This document shows positions 61,401-64,000 of a DNA stretch of 64,000 bases, one piece after another. Numbering within the stretch: position 1 is the stretch's first letter; each line of letters begins with the position of its first letter. The notes beneath the pieces were generated by a model. The model saw only the letters and a list, made by a program, of their open reading frames with translations, did no database searches and was not told the origin of the DNA. The position numbers and the translations under genes were made by a program. Origin of the DNA: Ascidiella aspersa (lineage: Eukaryota); the NCBI GenBank assembly GCA_963924565.1, contig OZ004611.1, positions 1,054,001 through 1,118,000 of the forward strand. Direction: 5' to 3'.

Positions 61401-63828
61401 AAAAACGAACAGAATTTGTGAAGAATTTATTGTGTTGCATTTCACTTGCTATATTTACTAAAAATTAATTGGGGCAACAACCTGTTTTTTATAATTATAT
61501 GTTTCTCTGTTGTTTTTTTTTCTGCAGTTGTGTATCGCAATTTAAACAACTGCTTCAAATGGCAGTTGTTTAGAATGTAAATCATCTGTAATTTAATTTG
61601 TCGATTACTATATCGAGTTAGAAAACGCTTTCTGATTGATTGCTGAGTCGCTAAAGACCTGTATATATATTATGAATATTATATATTAAGAATAACAAAA
61701 ATAGAAGGAAAATAGTTAATAACAAATACACTGGGATTCAAAATTCTGGTTCGTTATTCTGGATTCGAAACATATTGTTCAAGGATACTTTTTTTTCCAC
61801 TTTGAACATTCCTAGTCGCGGTAACATTGAACAACAAAATGTCGAAAATAATGCACTTTACCTTGTGAGTCATTTTCCCGATTCCTTTGAAAATGTGTTT
61901 CAAACCTTGACTTGTCAGGTTGCAGCCAGTCAGATCCAACTGCTCGATGTTTGGGAGGACGCGAGAAAGCTCAAGAGCTACTTCGTCTTCGATGCGGTTG
62001 TTACCCAGATCCAGAATCTTGATCTGAAAGGGAAACAAATTAACGAGCAGATTAAATTAACGAAGTGAGCCACAAGGTCGAATCGTGATTAATCATTTTA
62101 AAGTAATCAGAATTTTCTACTGATGGAAACCGACTTGAGTTTTTAGATGTTCTCCATGTTACCAAAACGTCTTCACAATGTGGTTTTATCACAAAGACTA
62201 CACCACACCAACAGCCTTTGATCGATGTTTTATTATCTGTGGTTGTTACGTCATTTTGCTGACTACATTTTATTTAGTTGCGGCTTGCCCACTTGCCTAG
62301 AACAGGTGCTTTAGTTTTTTATTAGGGTTAATCTTAATTTATATTTTGTCATTTTTTACATACTGACGCTTAATCTTTATCATTGTTTAAAAGTAAAATA
62401 TAAAAGATGGTGGCGGTAATATTCAACAACAAAATGTCGACAATAAAGCACTTTACCTTGAGAGGCATTTTCCCGATTGCTTCGCAAATGTGTTTTAAAC
62501 CTTGACTTGTCAGTTTGCAGCTCCACAGACGCAACAACTCGATTGGTTTGTCGACATGCTGGAGCATCCGCCCCAAAGCGTGGCATGAACTTGTACCGAT
62601 TGGTCGGCGGCTAAAATCAGCCCTCACAGGGAAGTGCTTTGCGAAAGATTGGAGCACTGCTTCATTGCATTCTTGCAAATCAACAATCATTTCAACAATA
62701 CCTAAACACAACTTTATATTTATTAAATATTAAAAAAAAGAAACAAAGAAACAACAAACAAATGAGGTGTTAACCAGTAATGGGGATTGTGACATCACAA
62801 GTGCAAAAACAATGGTGTTTTGTTAACGGGTGTAAAAAATTAAAATAAATCAGCCGAGTAAAAATATCACAAAGTAACCGAATGGTTATATTCTTACTTT
62901 TGGGGTTTCGTTTGAATTCCTCGAGAAAGTGTTCGTAGAACATCTCAGCCTTGACTGTGAACATGGAAATCATTATTAATAATCAGAACGGTTTACTGTT
63001 GTTTTAGCAGTTATGTGTGTCTTACTATAAATGTTTGACTTTGTCGCTATTTACTTGTTATTTACACGACTATTTAACCACAATATGGCAGCAGACTAGT
63101 GAATGTTTTGATGTTAGTTGTCGCGTTGTCTAATCTCATTCTTATTGCTGTGTTTTATTAAATATGTTTGTTGTGTAAAATGTTTACAGTAACAATAAAT
63201 ACATAAAGTGGATTAAATCTTATAATTAACAATGCCAGGTTGGACAACTTAATTTATATAAAAAAGTCAGGATTTAAAAGCCAGTTTAAATAATAACCAC
63301 TGACTGGATTAAATTGTCAGTTCAGCTGAAACAGTAGCTTTCAGCAAATAACCTACATTTTCCGAAATTCTGCTGAAAACCACTAACATAATTAAAAACA
63401 TGGTAATTAATTTGAAAGCATATTAGCACACTAAGTATATTCTAGTACTGCAATGTTTGGCCATTTCAGTTATTCTTGTTGAAAACAAGTTTAAGTATAG
63501 CCAAGTTTAAAAATTGCCACTTACTTTTATTTTGTTGGTTCTGCGAATTGTCGGTTAAGGTTTGATCGACACCAGATTGACTTGGTTGAGTGGCAGATGT
63601 TGATGGTTGTTGATTGACAACCTGCATACAAACATAGCTACTTGACCTTATACCACAAAAACTGTTAATAAATATTAAGTTAAATGTTTGTGCCAGCATT
63701 GTGGATCCAATACCTTGAAAGAGTAGTCAAATTTTTCAGGCCACAAAGTAGATTTTGGGGTCGCTGCGTACCACTTGCTTTTTTCATATTCTTTATTATA
63801 GTAAATATTAAATAAATTTGCAAGTTGG
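52418..63828 (-). CDS. LRR gene A (RI/NLR-type LRR, ~560 aa visible, probably 5'-incomplete); exons 63714-63828, 63525-63621, 62898-62954, 62457-62701, 61862-62023, 60342-60503, 59197-59358, 57714-57875, 56220-56381, 55076-55237, 53746-53907, 52418-52450
   Basis: All boundaries are GT-AG, phases are compatible and there are no internal stops. Alternating LxLxxN / LxLxxC repeats; ends MDSVGFGLFQ*. Confidence 0.8.
55076..62023 (-). repeat. Tandem array of six exon+intron modules (periods 1520, 1145, 1483, 1494, 1144 bp)
   Basis: Intron sequence recurs nearly verbatim around each 162-bp exon. Confidence 0.92.
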
Positions 63829-64000
63829 CTGCATATATATATATAGATACACATTGCATCATAACAAGCAAAATTATAACCCAATACTTTGTATAGCATT
63901 AAAGCCAGCTTTAGTCAGAGCCCAATTCAATCAGTACACAGCTTATGCAAGTAAACATTAGGCGCATGTTGTACTGTAACGCGAAATTTGGTCCGGCGCC

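Noticed and set aside
55076-62023. CRISPR-like or diversity-generating-retroelement interpretation of the repeats with variable segments
   Set aside because: Units are 1.1-1.5-kb spliceosomal exon/intron modules. Variation is not adenine-restricted, and the nearby RT is an ordinary Gypsy pol.
55079-62068. Plus-strand ORFs such as MHWDSRLLIH... and MFKDTFFST...
   Set aside because: Antisense shadows of the LRR exons.
63680-63787. ATG AAA AAA GCA... as the start codon of gene A
   Set aside because: Splicing at 63714 in that frame hits a stop within the next exon.

Overview
AT-rich eukaryotic (invertebrate-like; an ascidian/tunicate origin is plausible but unproven) intron-containing DNA with two main systems. 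(1) A cluster of paralogous ribonuclease-inhibitor/NLR-type LRR genes built from symmetric 162-bp, phase-0, two-LRR exon modules. The modules are near-invariant in helical segments and introns but hypervariable at the predicted concave beta-strand positions. Gene A (minus, 52418-63828) has 6 internal modules, gene B (minus, 25367-41885) has 1, two headless cassettes sit back-to-back at 14.5-19.2 kb near the centre of an ~26-kb imperfect inverted duplication, and a further paralog's last exon lies at 579-599. (2) A very young 10.9-kb Ty3/Gypsy element (27083-38007; 805-bp LTRs, G-run TSD) inserted antisense into an intron of gene B. It has gag, -1-frameshifted pol with one nonsense codon in integrase, an array of ~12 short hairpins, a TSP1-like type I membrane protein and a furin-cleaved Env-like fusogen. 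The rest is nested repeats: a CACTA-like element holding a short-LTR non-autonomous retroelement, two LINE fragments, Gypsy remnants, hAT-like MITE ends and tRNA-like heads. All alignments were made by eye; no searches were run.
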